NCBI GenBank assembly: GCA_016721825.1
Contig: JADKHI010000001.1
Coordinates: 769,084 to 833,083, forward strand
Reading direction: 5' to 3'
From: Flavobacteriales bacterium
GTDB taxonomy: Bacteria; Bacteroidota; Bacteroidia; Flavobacteriales_F; PHOS-HE28
Length of the DNA: 64,000 bases
The notes under the pieces are model-generated. The model had not been told where the DNA came from. It ran no database searches and saw only the letters and a program-made list of their open reading frames with translations. Shown piece after piece: positions 50,596 through 59,468 of the stretch (positions are counted from its first letter, which is position 1; each line of letters starts with the position of its first letter). The translations under genes were made by a program, and so were the position numbers.

Positions 50596-51430
50596 GGATG
50601 GTACGGGCCTGACCCGGTCGGATGCCGAACGTACGAAGCAAGGCCTTCAACATGTCACGCACCCACCATTTCCAACGGAACTGATGGATGCTCCTTGCGT
50701 CGTTGGTGCGGATGTCCTGTTCGATGATGGCATGGGCCTTTTCGAGGTCCACTACAAGCACCTTCACGCCGTCCAACGTGTGCTCCACAAGCGCACCACC
50801 TTCGGCCAACAACCCGCTGAGCGCGGTGAACCGCATGTGGTGCCCAGGCCGTTTCGCATAGATGGACCAGCGACGACCGGACCGCTTGCCGTCCTTGTCG
50901 GTGTACTGGAAACGAGCCTCGCGATGCTTGCGGTAGGACACTTCGACACATTCCTCCACGTAGTGTACGTAGGTCAGCGCGTCATCCAACCGCAGGTCGA
51001 GGGCGATGAGCCGGCCCTTGTGCCGATGCAGGTAGCCAAAGGGCGAGGCCGGCCCGAAGCTGCCCTGCTCAGCGTTGGTCACGAGATCCTCGGTCGCTGC
51101 GCCGGCAACCGCGAAGGAATGGAGTGGATGCGGAGTTCGGTGGAATCTGGCACTCGCCAATGCGGCATTGGCCAGTATACCGCTGATGGAACGGGTGCTC
51201 CGCACATCGAAGACGTCGCCATCCTCCAGATCGAAGGTGTAGGTGGGCACGAGCACACTTCCGTTAGGACCCACAGCACTGGCGAACGCATCCAACAGCA
51301 GATCAGGCGAGAACGTGGCGTTCTCCCTCCGGAAACGGAGGGACAGGCGCGTGAGGTCCGCCATCAACTGCACGGTATCACCGGGGGACGCTCCGAGGCG
51401 AAGGGGCCATGTGCGGAGGTCGGGAAGCAT
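50576..51430 (-). CDS. AAC(3)-family (Antibiotic_NAT fold) N-acetyltransferase, probably acting on an amino sugar
   Basis: AAC(3)-like core (FASAVGPNGSVLVPTYTFD, RSISGILANAAL). Start at ATG 51430. Confidence 0.6.
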   Translation of the reverse strand: MLPDLRTWPLRLGASPGDTVQLMADLTRLSLRFRRENATFSPDLLLDAFASAVGPNGSVLVPTYTFDLEDGDVFDVRSTRSISGILANAALASARFHRTPHPLHSFAVAGAATEDLVTNAEQGSFGPASPFGYLHRHKGRLIALDLRLDDALTYVHYVEECVEVSYRKHREARFQYTDKDGKRSGRRWSIYAKRPGHHMRFTALSGLLAEGGALVEHTLDGVKVLVVDLEKAHAIIEQDIRTNDARSIHQFRWKWWVRDMLKALLRTFGIRPGQARTIHAADPR

Positions 51431-51441
51431 GCGCGGGCGTA

Positions 51442-52623
51442 TCAGTGAGGGGCTTTGCCCCCGGCCCAAAGTAGCGCATCGGCCAGGTACTTGGTGGCCC
51501 AGTTCGGGTAGGCGAACTTCTCATACCGGCCCCAAAACGGGAACGAACCGGTCACCGCTCCGCGGCCATGGACAGGCCCTTCCGAAGAACGTAGCTGCAG
51601 CTCCACCAGCAACATGCGCATCCGAACAGCAGCAGTGCGGTAGGCATGTGCTTCGGTATGCTGAGCGAGCTTCTCCCAAGCGATGCACAACTGCGCGCAA
51701 CCCGTGGTGATCAAGGCTTCGCTGCCCTGCCAGTTCCGGTCATAACGCCCGTTCAGTCGGTCATCGCGGAGGAAGATGTCACGCAAGGGTTCAGCCGCTC
51801 GATGAGCGTGATCCATTAGCCCGACATCGTTGAGCAAGTACGCGCAATCGGCGAGCCCATCGATGGTGTAGGCAATGGTGTGGATGATCGGCCGATCGTT
51901 GTGCCTTATGGTGTTGTCCGCATCGGCGAACCAACCGTTGGGTTGTTGCTTGGTGATCACCCATTCCAGGTTTCGCACAGCGGCCTGCTTGTAGAGGTCT
52001 TCCCCCGTAACACCGAACAGTTGAAGCAAGGGAGCATCCACGTAACTGTCGTAGACCCGCGCCACGCCCATGAAATTACTACGGCCCCAGGTACCATCCG
52101 CCTCCTGCACGGACACGATCCAATCGCCTGCCCTTCGGGCGGCCCGGAGGTAGCGGTCATCCTTGGTCCGCTGATGTACAGCGAGCATCCCGCGGATCAC
52201 TTGCGCTGTGTTGAACACTACCGATGAACGTTCCTCTCCGACTCGCCCCCCCTGCCATCCCCCATCCGCGCGCTGAAGTTTCAGAAGCACCTCGGCGGCT
52301 TGCACAGCACGCTGCGCCAGCTCGGGGCGCTCCAAGCGGTCGGCCAACGCGAACATGGTGGGTATGATGTAGCCGGTGGTCTCGGGATACGTCCGCCCCC
52401 AGCCGGTCACCAAATGGTAGCTACCCATGCCACCATCGCCATTGCTATCCTGGGCATGGCAGAGCCAATCCGCCGCGCCTTGCATGGCACGCACCAGATC
52501 GACCGGGCCACTTACCTGTGCTTTCGGAAGTGGGCGACGATGCGCAGCCAGCAACCGACGACCTTCGGCACTACCCACCACATGGGCAAAACACCTGGTG
52601 TAGTCGATCAGGCTGCGCAACAC
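51442..52623 (-). CDS. prenyltransferase/squalene-oxidase repeat (alpha/alpha-toroid) protein
   Basis: Repeated xDGGW(G/Q) motifs (NGDGGMGSY, RADGGWQGG, EADGTWG, QPNGWF) characteristic of terpene cyclase/prenyltransferase beta-subunit toroid repeats. Confidence 0.45.
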   Translation of the reverse strand: MLRSLIDYTRCFAHVVGSAEGRRLLAAHRRPLPKAQVSGPVDLVRAMQGAADWLCHAQDSNGDGGMGSYHLVTGWGRTYPETTGYIIPTMFALADRLERPELAQRAVQAAEVLLKLQRADGGWQGGRVGEERSSVVFNTAQVIRGMLAVHQRTKDDRYLRAARRAGDWIVSVQEADGTWGRSNFMGVARVYDSYVDAPLLQLFGVTGEDLYKQAAVRNLEWVITKQQPNGWFADADNTIRHNDRPIIHTIAYTIDGLADCAYLLNDVGLMDHAHRAAEPLRDIFLRDDRLNGRYDRNWQGSEALITTGCAQLCIAWEKLAQHTEAHAYRTAAVRMRMLLVELQLRSSEGPVHGRGAVTGSFPFWGRYEKFAYPNWATKYLADALLWAGGKAPH

Positions 52624-52626
52624 GGC

Positions 52627-53781
52627 TCAGCGGTATCGAAGAAGCTCAGCACAGATGCGCTCCGCCGCATGACCGTCGCCGAAGATGGACGGGCATGGCG
52701 GTGCTCCGTTGGTGAGAAAGTGGGCCGCGGCCTCGGCGATGCGTGAGGGGTCGGCATCAGCTAATACGGCCTGACCATGCTCCACCAGTTCCACCCATTC
52801 GGTCTCGGGCCGTAGGATTACACACGGACGGCCGAAGAAGAAAGCCTCCTTTTGCACCCCACCTGAATCGGTCAGTACCAAACGAGCATCACGCTCCAAG
52901 GCGATCATGTCGAGGAAGCCCGCAGGGGGGATCAAGTGGATGGAGGGGCGGGCCGTCAGCGCATTGCGAAGTGACGGATCGAGGAACTGCTCAAAGCACT
53001 TGCGTGTGCGCGGATGCACCGGCAGCACCAAGGGCAGCTTGTGCGTATCGTGCAAAGCGATCAGCGCACCGACGATGGCGTTCAGCCGCTCCGGCACGTC
53101 GGTATTGTGGTCGCGGTGCACGGTGACCAAGGCATAGTCGCCGGCGGTCAGCCTGAGGTCCTTCAGTAGGGTGGAGCGCTCACTGGCCAACGCAGCGAAG
53201 TGCATGCTGTTGTCGTACATCACGTCGCCGCAAAGGAGCACATGCGGTCGATCCACATCAGGAGCGGCCGAGGTATCCGGGCTGAAGCCCTCCCGCCCTA
53301 GGTTCTCGACGGCCGTGCTGGTGGGGCAGAAGAGCCAAGTGCTGCAGTGGTCGCAGATGATCCGGTTGATCTCCTCGGGCATGCGCTTGTTGAAGGAGCG
53401 CAAGCCGGCCTCCACGTGCGCCACCGGGATGTGAAGCTTGCTGGCGGCCACCGCCCCTGCCAAGGTGCTGTTGGTGTCACCATACAACAACACCACATCG
53501 TGATCGCCGTTCTTCAGTTCCTGTTCGATCCCCTCGATCATGCGGGCTGTCTGCACACCATGCCCTCCGCTACCCACGCCCAGCTCCACATCCGCACGCG
53601 GAATGCCGAGCTCGTCGAAGAAGACCTGCGACATGTTCGCGTCGTAGTGCTGACCGGTGTGAAGCAGGGTCTCTTCGATCCGGTCGGGGAACGACGTAGC
53701 GATGGCCCTGCTGATGGCCGCGGCCTTGATGATCTGCGGGCGGGCGCCGATGACGGTGAGGATGCGGAGCGGTCGTTCCAT
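52627..53781 (-). CDS. wecB: UDP-N-acetylglucosamine 2-epimerase (non-hydrolysing)
   Basis: N-terminal LRILTVIGARPQIIKAAAISRA and HTGQHYD motifs. 384 aa. Confidence 0.9.
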   Translation of the reverse strand: MERPLRILTVIGARPQIIKAAAISRAIATSFPDRIEETLLHTGQHYDANMSQVFFDELGIPRADVELGVGSGGHGVQTARMIEGIEQELKNGDHDVVLLYGDTNSTLAGAVAASKLHIPVAHVEAGLRSFNKRMPEEINRIICDHCSTWLFCPTSTAVENLGREGFSPDTSAAPDVDRPHVLLCGDVMYDNSMHFAALASERSTLLKDLRLTAGDYALVTVHRDHNTDVPERLNAIVGALIALHDTHKLPLVLPVHPRTRKCFEQFLDPSLRNALTARPSIHLIPPAGFLDMIALERDARLVLTDSGGVQKEAFFFGRPCVILRPETEWVELVEHGQAVLADADPSRIAEAAAHFLTNGAPPCPSIFGDGHAAERICAELLRYR

Positions 53782-53782
53782 G

Positions 53783-54490
53783 TTACATCAGGCCATTGTC
53801 GGCAAAGCTGTAATAACCGCCCGAAGTAACGATCAAGTGGTCCTGCACGGTGATATCGATGAGGCGACCGCCCTCCACCAGCTTTCGCGTCAGGCGAAGG
53901 TCCTCTTCACTGGGCCGCAGCTGCCCGCTGGGGTGGTTGTGGCAGAGGATGATGGCTGAAGAGCGACGGTCCAACGCCTCTTTGAAGATGACCTTCGGAT
54001 CAGCCACCGTGCCATGCATGCCTCCGGTGCTGATCCGGCATAGCTCGGTGACCCGTAGGCCACGGTCCAGCAACAACAGCCAGAATTCCTCGACGGGCAG
54101 GTCCGCCACCCGACCTCGCAGCACTTCATAGGCGTCCGCGCTGGTCGCTATCCAGGGTCTCTCTGTGGAGCCGGCCTCACGTCGGCGCATACCAAGTTCC
54201 AAGGCCGCCGCGATCGTCAACGCCTTCACCTTGCCCACACCTTTGATCTTGCGCAGGTCCGCCACCGTGGATCGGCCCACACGGTCGAGATCGTTCCCGT
54301 TGCGGCTGAGTATCAGTTTGGAAAGGTCGACAGCCGTGTGCTCGGTGGTGCCGGTGCGGAGCAGGATGGCGATCAGCTCCGCATCACTGAGGGCCTTGGC
54401 CCCCAGCTTCATAAGCCGCTCCCGGGGCTTGTCATCCTCCGCCCAGTCCTTGATGCGTAGGCGTTCATTCGGCTCCTCGGTCGTTCCCAT
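53783..54490 (-). CDS. radC: RadC-family JAB/MPN-domain protein
   Basis: HNHPSG JAMM motif. HhH region ALSDAELIAILLRTG. Start at ATG 54490. Confidence 0.8.
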   Translation of the reverse strand: MGTTEEPNERLRIKDWAEDDKPRERLMKLGAKALSDAELIAILLRTGTTEHTAVDLSKLILSRNGNDLDRVGRSTVADLRKIKGVGKVKALTIAAALELGMRRREAGSTERPWIATSADAYEVLRGRVADLPVEEFWLLLLDRGLRVTELCRISTGGMHGTVADPKVIFKEALDRRSSAIILCHNHPSGQLRPSEEDLRLTRKLVEGGRLIDITVQDHLIVTSGGYYSFADNGLM

Positions 54491-54557
54491 GATCCCCTGA
54501 AATGCAACAGGTCCCCTGCGCGGGGACCTGTCCGGTTCGTACAAGGAAGAGCAAGCT

Positions 54558-54812
54558 TTACTTCAGCTTGTTCACCTGAGACTTGAGGCTGCTCTTCAAG
54601 TTGGCGGCCTTGTTCTTGTGGATGATGTTGCGCTTGGCCAACTTATCCAGCATGCTGGTGACCTCTGGAAGGAGCTTTTCGGCTTCCTTCTTGTCCTTCA
54701 GGCTGCGCAGGGTGCGCACGGCGTTCCGGGTGGTCTTATGCTGATAACGGTTCCGCTCGTTGCGGGTCTCCGTTTGACGTACGCGCTTGAGTGCTGACTT
54801 GTGGTTGGCCAT
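54558..54812 (-). CDS. rpsT: 30S ribosomal protein S20
   Basis: [36 protein letters not shown] is a classic S20 N-terminus. 84 aa. Confidence 0.9.
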   Translation of the reverse strand: MANHKSALKRVRQTETRNERNRYQHKTTRNAVRTLRSLKDKKEAEKLLPEVTSMLDKLAKRNIIHKNKAANLKSSLKSQVNKLK

Positions 54813-54875
54813 GACCTTTCCGAAAAGGGACCGCAAATATAGGATCTTTTACTTCTAACGGATCGCCTGTGAATG

Positions 54876-54904
54876 AAAAAGGCCGGTGCGGCACCGGCCT
54901 TTTT
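54876..54904. terminator. intrinsic terminator hairpin (AAAAA-GGCCGG-TGCGGCA-CCGGCC-TTTTT) downstream of the sugar-transferase gene
   Basis: Palindromic GC stem flanked by A5 and T5, so it would function in both orientations. Confidence 0.5.
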
Positions 54905-54919
54905 CATGAACCGCAGGGT

Positions 54920-56071
54920 TCAGTAGGCCATCGGGTCCTTTCCGAACATGTTCGTCACGGTCTTCACCACGATCTTGAGGTCAAGCCAGAAGGACCAATT
55001 CTCCAGGTACCAGATGTCGAGTTCAATGCGACGCTCCATCATTTCCGGCGTGCGGGTCTCACCGCGGAAGCCGTTCACTTGAGCCCAACCCGTGATACCG
55101 GGGCGAACGAAGTGGCGCACCATGTACTTGTCGATGATATCGCGGAACTGATCGTTCAGGCGCAGCGGGTGCGGACGGGGGCCCACCACGCTCATCTGAC
55201 CGAGCAGCACGTTGAAGAACTGTGGCATCTCGTCCAGGTTGCTTTTCCGCAGGAAGGCACCCACCTTGGTAACGCGGGGATCGTTCTTGGTGGCCTGCTT
55301 GCTATCGGCCTCCTTGTTCATGCGCATGCTGCGGAACTTGAAGCAGACGAAGGTCTTGTTGCCTTCACCCAAGCGGGTCTGCTTGAAGAACACGGGGCCC
55401 TTCGAGGAAAGCTTGATGAGCACGGCCAGGATCGGGAACAGCCATGTGAACACCATGGTGATCACAAGGAAGGAGAATACGATATCGAAGGCACGCTTGA
55501 CCGCACGGCTGACACGGGCATCCAAAGGCTCCTTGCGCAACTTGCTCACCGGAACCGCACCGTGGAACTCCAATTGGGAACCAGGCACCACCGGAATGAA
55601 GCTGTCCGAACTGGGGATCACCCGGAACCGGATCGTATTGCGCTCGCAGAACTCCATCAGCTCCGTGATCTCAGCCTTGCGAGTGCCTGGAAGCGCGCAG
55701 TAAACGATGTCGATGCGGTTCTGCAACGAAAAGGCCTTTACCGATGCGATGTCACCGATGCGGCGCTCGCCCAAAGGACCATCGATCGGCCGCTCACTGA
55801 AGACACCGCGGAAACGGTAGCCGCGCACGGTCTGATCCTCACAGTACTGGAAGATCTCTTCCGCCGCAGGCCCTTCGCCCACGATCACAAGATCCTTCAC
55901 CGTGGTCAATGGCTCAAGTGTGAGCACACGGTTCAAGCCTGACTGCATTTGTTGGCGGCTGTTGCGGAGCAACGCGGCCAGCTCTCCGTTCAGATCATTG
56001 CCCGAAGCCTTGCGGTCACCAAGTAGGCCTTGGAGTCCGTTGCGCTTGCGTGTAGTAGAGATGTTCTCCAT
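54920..56071 (-). CDS. undecaprenyl-phosphate sugar phosphotransferase (WbaP/WcaJ-like initiating transferase)
   Basis: C-terminal Bac_transf domain (SVVGPRPHPL, ITGWAQVNG) preceded by TM region and CoA-binding-like domain. Confidence 0.85.
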   Translation of the reverse strand: MENISTTRKRNGLQGLLGDRKASGNDLNGELAALLRNSRQQMQSGLNRVLTLEPLTTVKDLVIVGEGPAAEEIFQYCEDQTVRGYRFRGVFSERPIDGPLGERRIGDIASVKAFSLQNRIDIVYCALPGTRKAEITELMEFCERNTIRFRVIPSSDSFIPVVPGSQLEFHGAVPVSKLRKEPLDARVSRAVKRAFDIVFSFLVITMVFTWLFPILAVLIKLSSKGPVFFKQTRLGEGNKTFVCFKFRSMRMNKEADSKQATKNDPRVTKVGAFLRKSNLDEMPQFFNVLLGQMSVVGPRPHPLRLNDQFRDIIDKYMVRHFVRPGITGWAQVNGFRGETRTPEMMERRIELDIWYLENWSFWLDLKIVVKTVTNMFGKDPMAY

Positions 56072-56360
56072 CGATGGGCTTGGTGTGGCTATGGGGCCAG
56101 CTTCTGAACGAGTGGGTCAAAAGTATACGGAAGGTCGGCAACTTGTCAAGCTCGTCGGATCTTTTTGGCCATTCGTCGAAATCCGAAGCATGCTCAACCT
56201 TGAGACCGGGTCATGGCCGATCCGTCACTAGCGTTCATATTTCTCATCGCATCTACTTGTTTTTCAGCGACATACATCATTCCCTTTCATTCTTGATGAG
56301 CTTCCGATCACACTGGACCGGTATCACCCTCGTCGAATTATGGCCACATTGTCGCACCCT

Positions 56361-57122
56361 TCATTTCGAAAAAAGCCTTCCGACGGCCTCCTTTGCGAAC
56401 AGCCAAACAAAAACGCTATTGGTCACCAAGTACCTCTTCCAAAGCCGCCCAGGCTCCAACGCTAGGCGGTAAAGCCACTCCAGCGAGAGATCGCGCATCC
56501 ATTTTGGTGCGCGTGAATCGACGCCCGCGTAGAGCAGGAACGCGCCACCGAGTCCCAACATCACGGCGTTCACACGCCCCTTCATGGCCGCCATCCAGCG
56601 CTCCTGCTTCGGGCAACCCAAGGCGACCATGACAATGTGAGCGCCGCTCGCGTTGATCCGCTCCGCCTCTGCCATCATCTCCGCTTCGGAAAGCGCTCTG
56701 AAGGGCGGAGAAACAACCCCGGCGAACCGCAGCTGGGGGTGCTCCTTCGCCGCACGAGCGACCATGGCGTCCAGCACCTCCTGCTTGCCTCCGTAGAGGT
56801 ATACCGAAAGTTGCAGGCGTTCCGCCTCCACCAGTAGGGCCGGAAGAAGGTCGTTCCCGGCAACGCGCTCCTGTTGGACGCTATGGAAGAGCTTCACGGC
56901 CTTCCGTACAGGCATGCCATCCGCCGTGGCCGCATCAGCTCCGTTCACAATGGCCGCGAAGGATGGATCGTTGTGCGCCTCCACGGTCATGTGCGCGTTC
57001 ACGCAACACACGTAGCTCGACCGATGCGCGTGCGCCCACTCGGTGAACACCGCGATGTGCTCCGCGAAGGTGCCGGTGGAGATGTCCACCCCGATCACGC
57101 GTTCCCGTGTCAGCAAGTTCAT
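56361..57122 (-). CDS. WecB/TagA/CpsF-family glycosyltransferase
   Basis: 253 aa of the Glyco_tran_WecG/TagA family (VNAH...DGMP region, GVDSR, LSLEWLYRLALEP). Confidence 0.8.
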   Translation of the reverse strand: MNLLTRERVIGVDISTGTFAEHIAVFTEWAHAHRSSYVCCVNAHMTVEAHNDPSFAAIVNGADAATADGMPVRKAVKLFHSVQQERVAGNDLLPALLVEAERLQLSVYLYGGKQEVLDAMVARAAKEHPQLRFAGVVSPPFRALSEAEMMAEAERINASGAHIVMVALGCPKQERWMAAMKGRVNAVMLGLGGAFLLYAGVDSRAPKWMRDLSLEWLYRLALEPGRLWKRYLVTNSVFVWLFAKEAVGRLFSK

Positions 57123-57135
57123 TGTTCCGGAAGCG

Positions 57136-58152
57136 CTACTTGGCGGCTTTCTGCCGCACGTCCTTCAGTGTGTGTGCCTGGATCCGCTCGCTGCCGTTAT
57201 CATACCAACGCACCATCTCCTTCACCCCAGCTTCCACGCTGTAGGGCGCTTCACCAAAGGCCTGGATGGTGGCGTCCATCGGCGTGATGTAGTCGCTTGT
57301 CATGCTACGGAAGCGGCCCGTGGTGATCGGGAACGGGATCCGTACCGCTTTCAAGATGTCGCCCCCGAAGGCGACCGTCCGGATCAACCACGTAGGAATG
57401 AAGCGGACCGGATGATGCACCAGCTCACGTGAAATGGCATCCGCCCAGGTCTTCAGATCGAAGGGGCGGTCGCCCACATAGAAGACGCGGTCATTCACGT
57501 TCTCCCGTGGGGCGTTGAGTATCCGATCGATCTGCCACACCACATTGCCAACGTAGCCGTAGGAGCGGATCACCTGTTGTTTGGAGGGATGGAAGTAGAG
57601 CCCCTTGCGCATTACCTTGAACATCACATCCCGATAGCGTAGGCTCCAGGGGCCCCAGATGGTGGTCGGACGGATGATCGTCCATGCGCAAGTAAGGCCT
57701 GCCTCTCGGGTAGCCATCTCCGTCAAGCGTTTCGTTTCCCCATAAAGCGTGAACGGCTTGAAGTCGAGGTCGTGCTTGGGCTGGTAACCGGCCTCGCAAA
57801 CGAACTGCGTACTGGTCACAATGATGCGCTCAATCGTTGGGGTGGTCTTCACCACTTGCAACAGGCGACGTGTACCCTCGTGGTTCTGGATGTAGGCATT
57901 GATGTCGTGTGGCTCATCGGTATCCGCCCGGGCGGCCAAGTGCACCACATGTGTGGGCTTGAATTCCTCGAAGTGCCGCCGGACGGTCGGCTGATCCATG
58001 ATGTCACACTCCCGCCAGGTGGGCTTCTGGGCCGTATCCAGCGGTGGGTTCCAATCGAGGTTCAGGAGCGTAACGCCCTTACGGGAGTAGAACTCCACAA
58101 GGTTGGTACCGATGAAACCGGACCCGCCGGTTATGAGCAGTCGCATGGTCAT
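57136..58152 (-). CDS. NAD-dependent epimerase/dehydratase-family protein
   Basis: N-terminal Rossmann motif LLITGGSGFIG. SDR-extended fold. Confidence 0.85.
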   Translation of the reverse strand: MTMRLLITGGSGFIGTNLVEFYSRKGVTLLNLDWNPPLDTAQKPTWRECDIMDQPTVRRHFEEFKPTHVVHLAARADTDEPHDINAYIQNHEGTRRLLQVVKTTPTIERIIVTSTQFVCEAGYQPKHDLDFKPFTLYGETKRLTEMATREAGLTCAWTIIRPTTIWGPWSLRYRDVMFKVMRKGLYFHPSKQQVIRSYGYVGNVVWQIDRILNAPRENVNDRVFYVGDRPFDLKTWADAISRELVHHPVRFIPTWLIRTVAFGGDILKAVRIPFPITTGRFRSMTSDYITPMDATIQAFGEAPYSVEAGVKEMVRWYDNGSERIQAHTLKDVRQKAAK

Positions 58153-59279
58153 TGCTGATCGGGGGGCGTCACGAGGGAAAGGGCATCTTCCATGTTGCGG
58201 TGGAAGCGTTCCAACGTAAAACGCTGCTCAAAGATGCGTCGGCCTTCACGGCCCATGCGTTGGCGCAGTTCCGGATCAGCGACAAGCAATGCCAATCGGT
58301 CGGCAACAGCGCTGGGATCCCGGGGTTCCACCAGGTATCCGTTCACCCCGTCCTCTACAACGGAAGGGATACCGCGCCAACGTGTGCTGACAACCGGTTT
58401 CGCGAACTGCATGGCCTCGACCAGCACGAGGCCGAAGCTCTCCGCCTCAAAGTAGCTCGGGAAGCAGAATATGTCGCAGCCAGCGAAACACGCGAATTTC
58501 TCCAGATCGCGCTTAACGCCTAGGAAGGTGACCTTATCCGACAGGCCGTGGTCGGCAACGAAGCTCCGGCAGGAAGCCTCGAACGCTCCATCCCCCCATT
58601 TTCCCATCAATTGAAGGCGCAGATCCAGGCCGCGATCATTCAACAGCTTGAAGGCCTCCAGCAGCACTTGCACCCCTTTACTGGGGATCAACACGCCAGT
58701 GAACAGGATGTTGAGCGGCTGGCCAACGGCGGCGGTACGCTCCGGAACACGGCCTCGCATGTCAGGCACACCGTTCGGCACCACCACATCTTGCAAAGCG
58801 CCCAGGGCCTTCCCATCTTCGGGGTTCTGAGGCGCTGTGCGGATGGCGAGCGTCGGCTTCCGATAGGCCAGTTTGAACAGGGGCCTGAACAATGCAGGCA
58901 GGCTTGGGGCGAAGCCGGATACACCACCCGCATGGAAATGGAACACAGTGGACCGAAAGATCCAACGTGTGCTGCACAGGAAGACGATGTCGCGCAGCAC
59001 GGGCACCATGTTCGGGCCGCTGGGTGGATAGTAGAGCACCGGTGTACCGTACTTGAAACGGGCGATCCAAACACGCAGGATGGTGGTGAACAGCACCCAG
59101 ACCTTCCGCAAGGCGAACTTGCCCACGCTCTCCATGTCGTCTGAAAAGGCCAGACGGACGTGGAACAGGCGGATGCGCTCGTAACGACCGTTGAGAAGCT
59201 CCTGGATCATGACCGCCTGACCACCGAACGGCGGAGGGGTCTGTCCAACGACGAGAACGTGCAGGGGGGCTTTCTCCAT
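58149..59279 (-). CDS. GT4-family glycosyltransferase
   Basis: EAESFGLVLVEAMQFAKPVVST...DGVNGYLVE is the GT4 E-x7-E region. Confidence 0.8.
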   Translation of the reverse strand: MEKAPLHVLVVGQTPPPFGGQAVMIQELLNGRYERIRLFHVRLAFSDDMESVGKFALRKVWVLFTTILRVWIARFKYGTPVLYYPPSGPNMVPVLRDIVFLCSTRWIFRSTVFHFHAGGVSGFAPSLPALFRPLFKLAYRKPTLAIRTAPQNPEDGKALGALQDVVVPNGVPDMRGRVPERTAAVGQPLNILFTGVLIPSKGVQVLLEAFKLLNDRGLDLRLQLMGKWGDGAFEASCRSFVADHGLSDKVTFLGVKRDLEKFACFAGCDIFCFPSYFEAESFGLVLVEAMQFAKPVVSTRWRGIPSVVEDGVNGYLVEPRDPSAVADRLALLVADPELRQRMGREGRRIFEQRFTLERFHRNMEDALSLVTPPDQQ

Positions 59280-59468
59280 GAGCTAGGGCGCCGCGAAAAT
59301 ACCGGCAGTTGCCCCCTCCCCTTCAACCTGTATCGGTCCGCATCAACAGTAGCGCGTGGATGGGTCGTCCCAAGCTCGTCGCAGGTTCATCGGGCCTCAG
59401 GCGGCACTGGTCGAATATTCTGAACCGCAGCCTCCCGGATGGGGTTGAACCGACCAGAATCAGCAACC

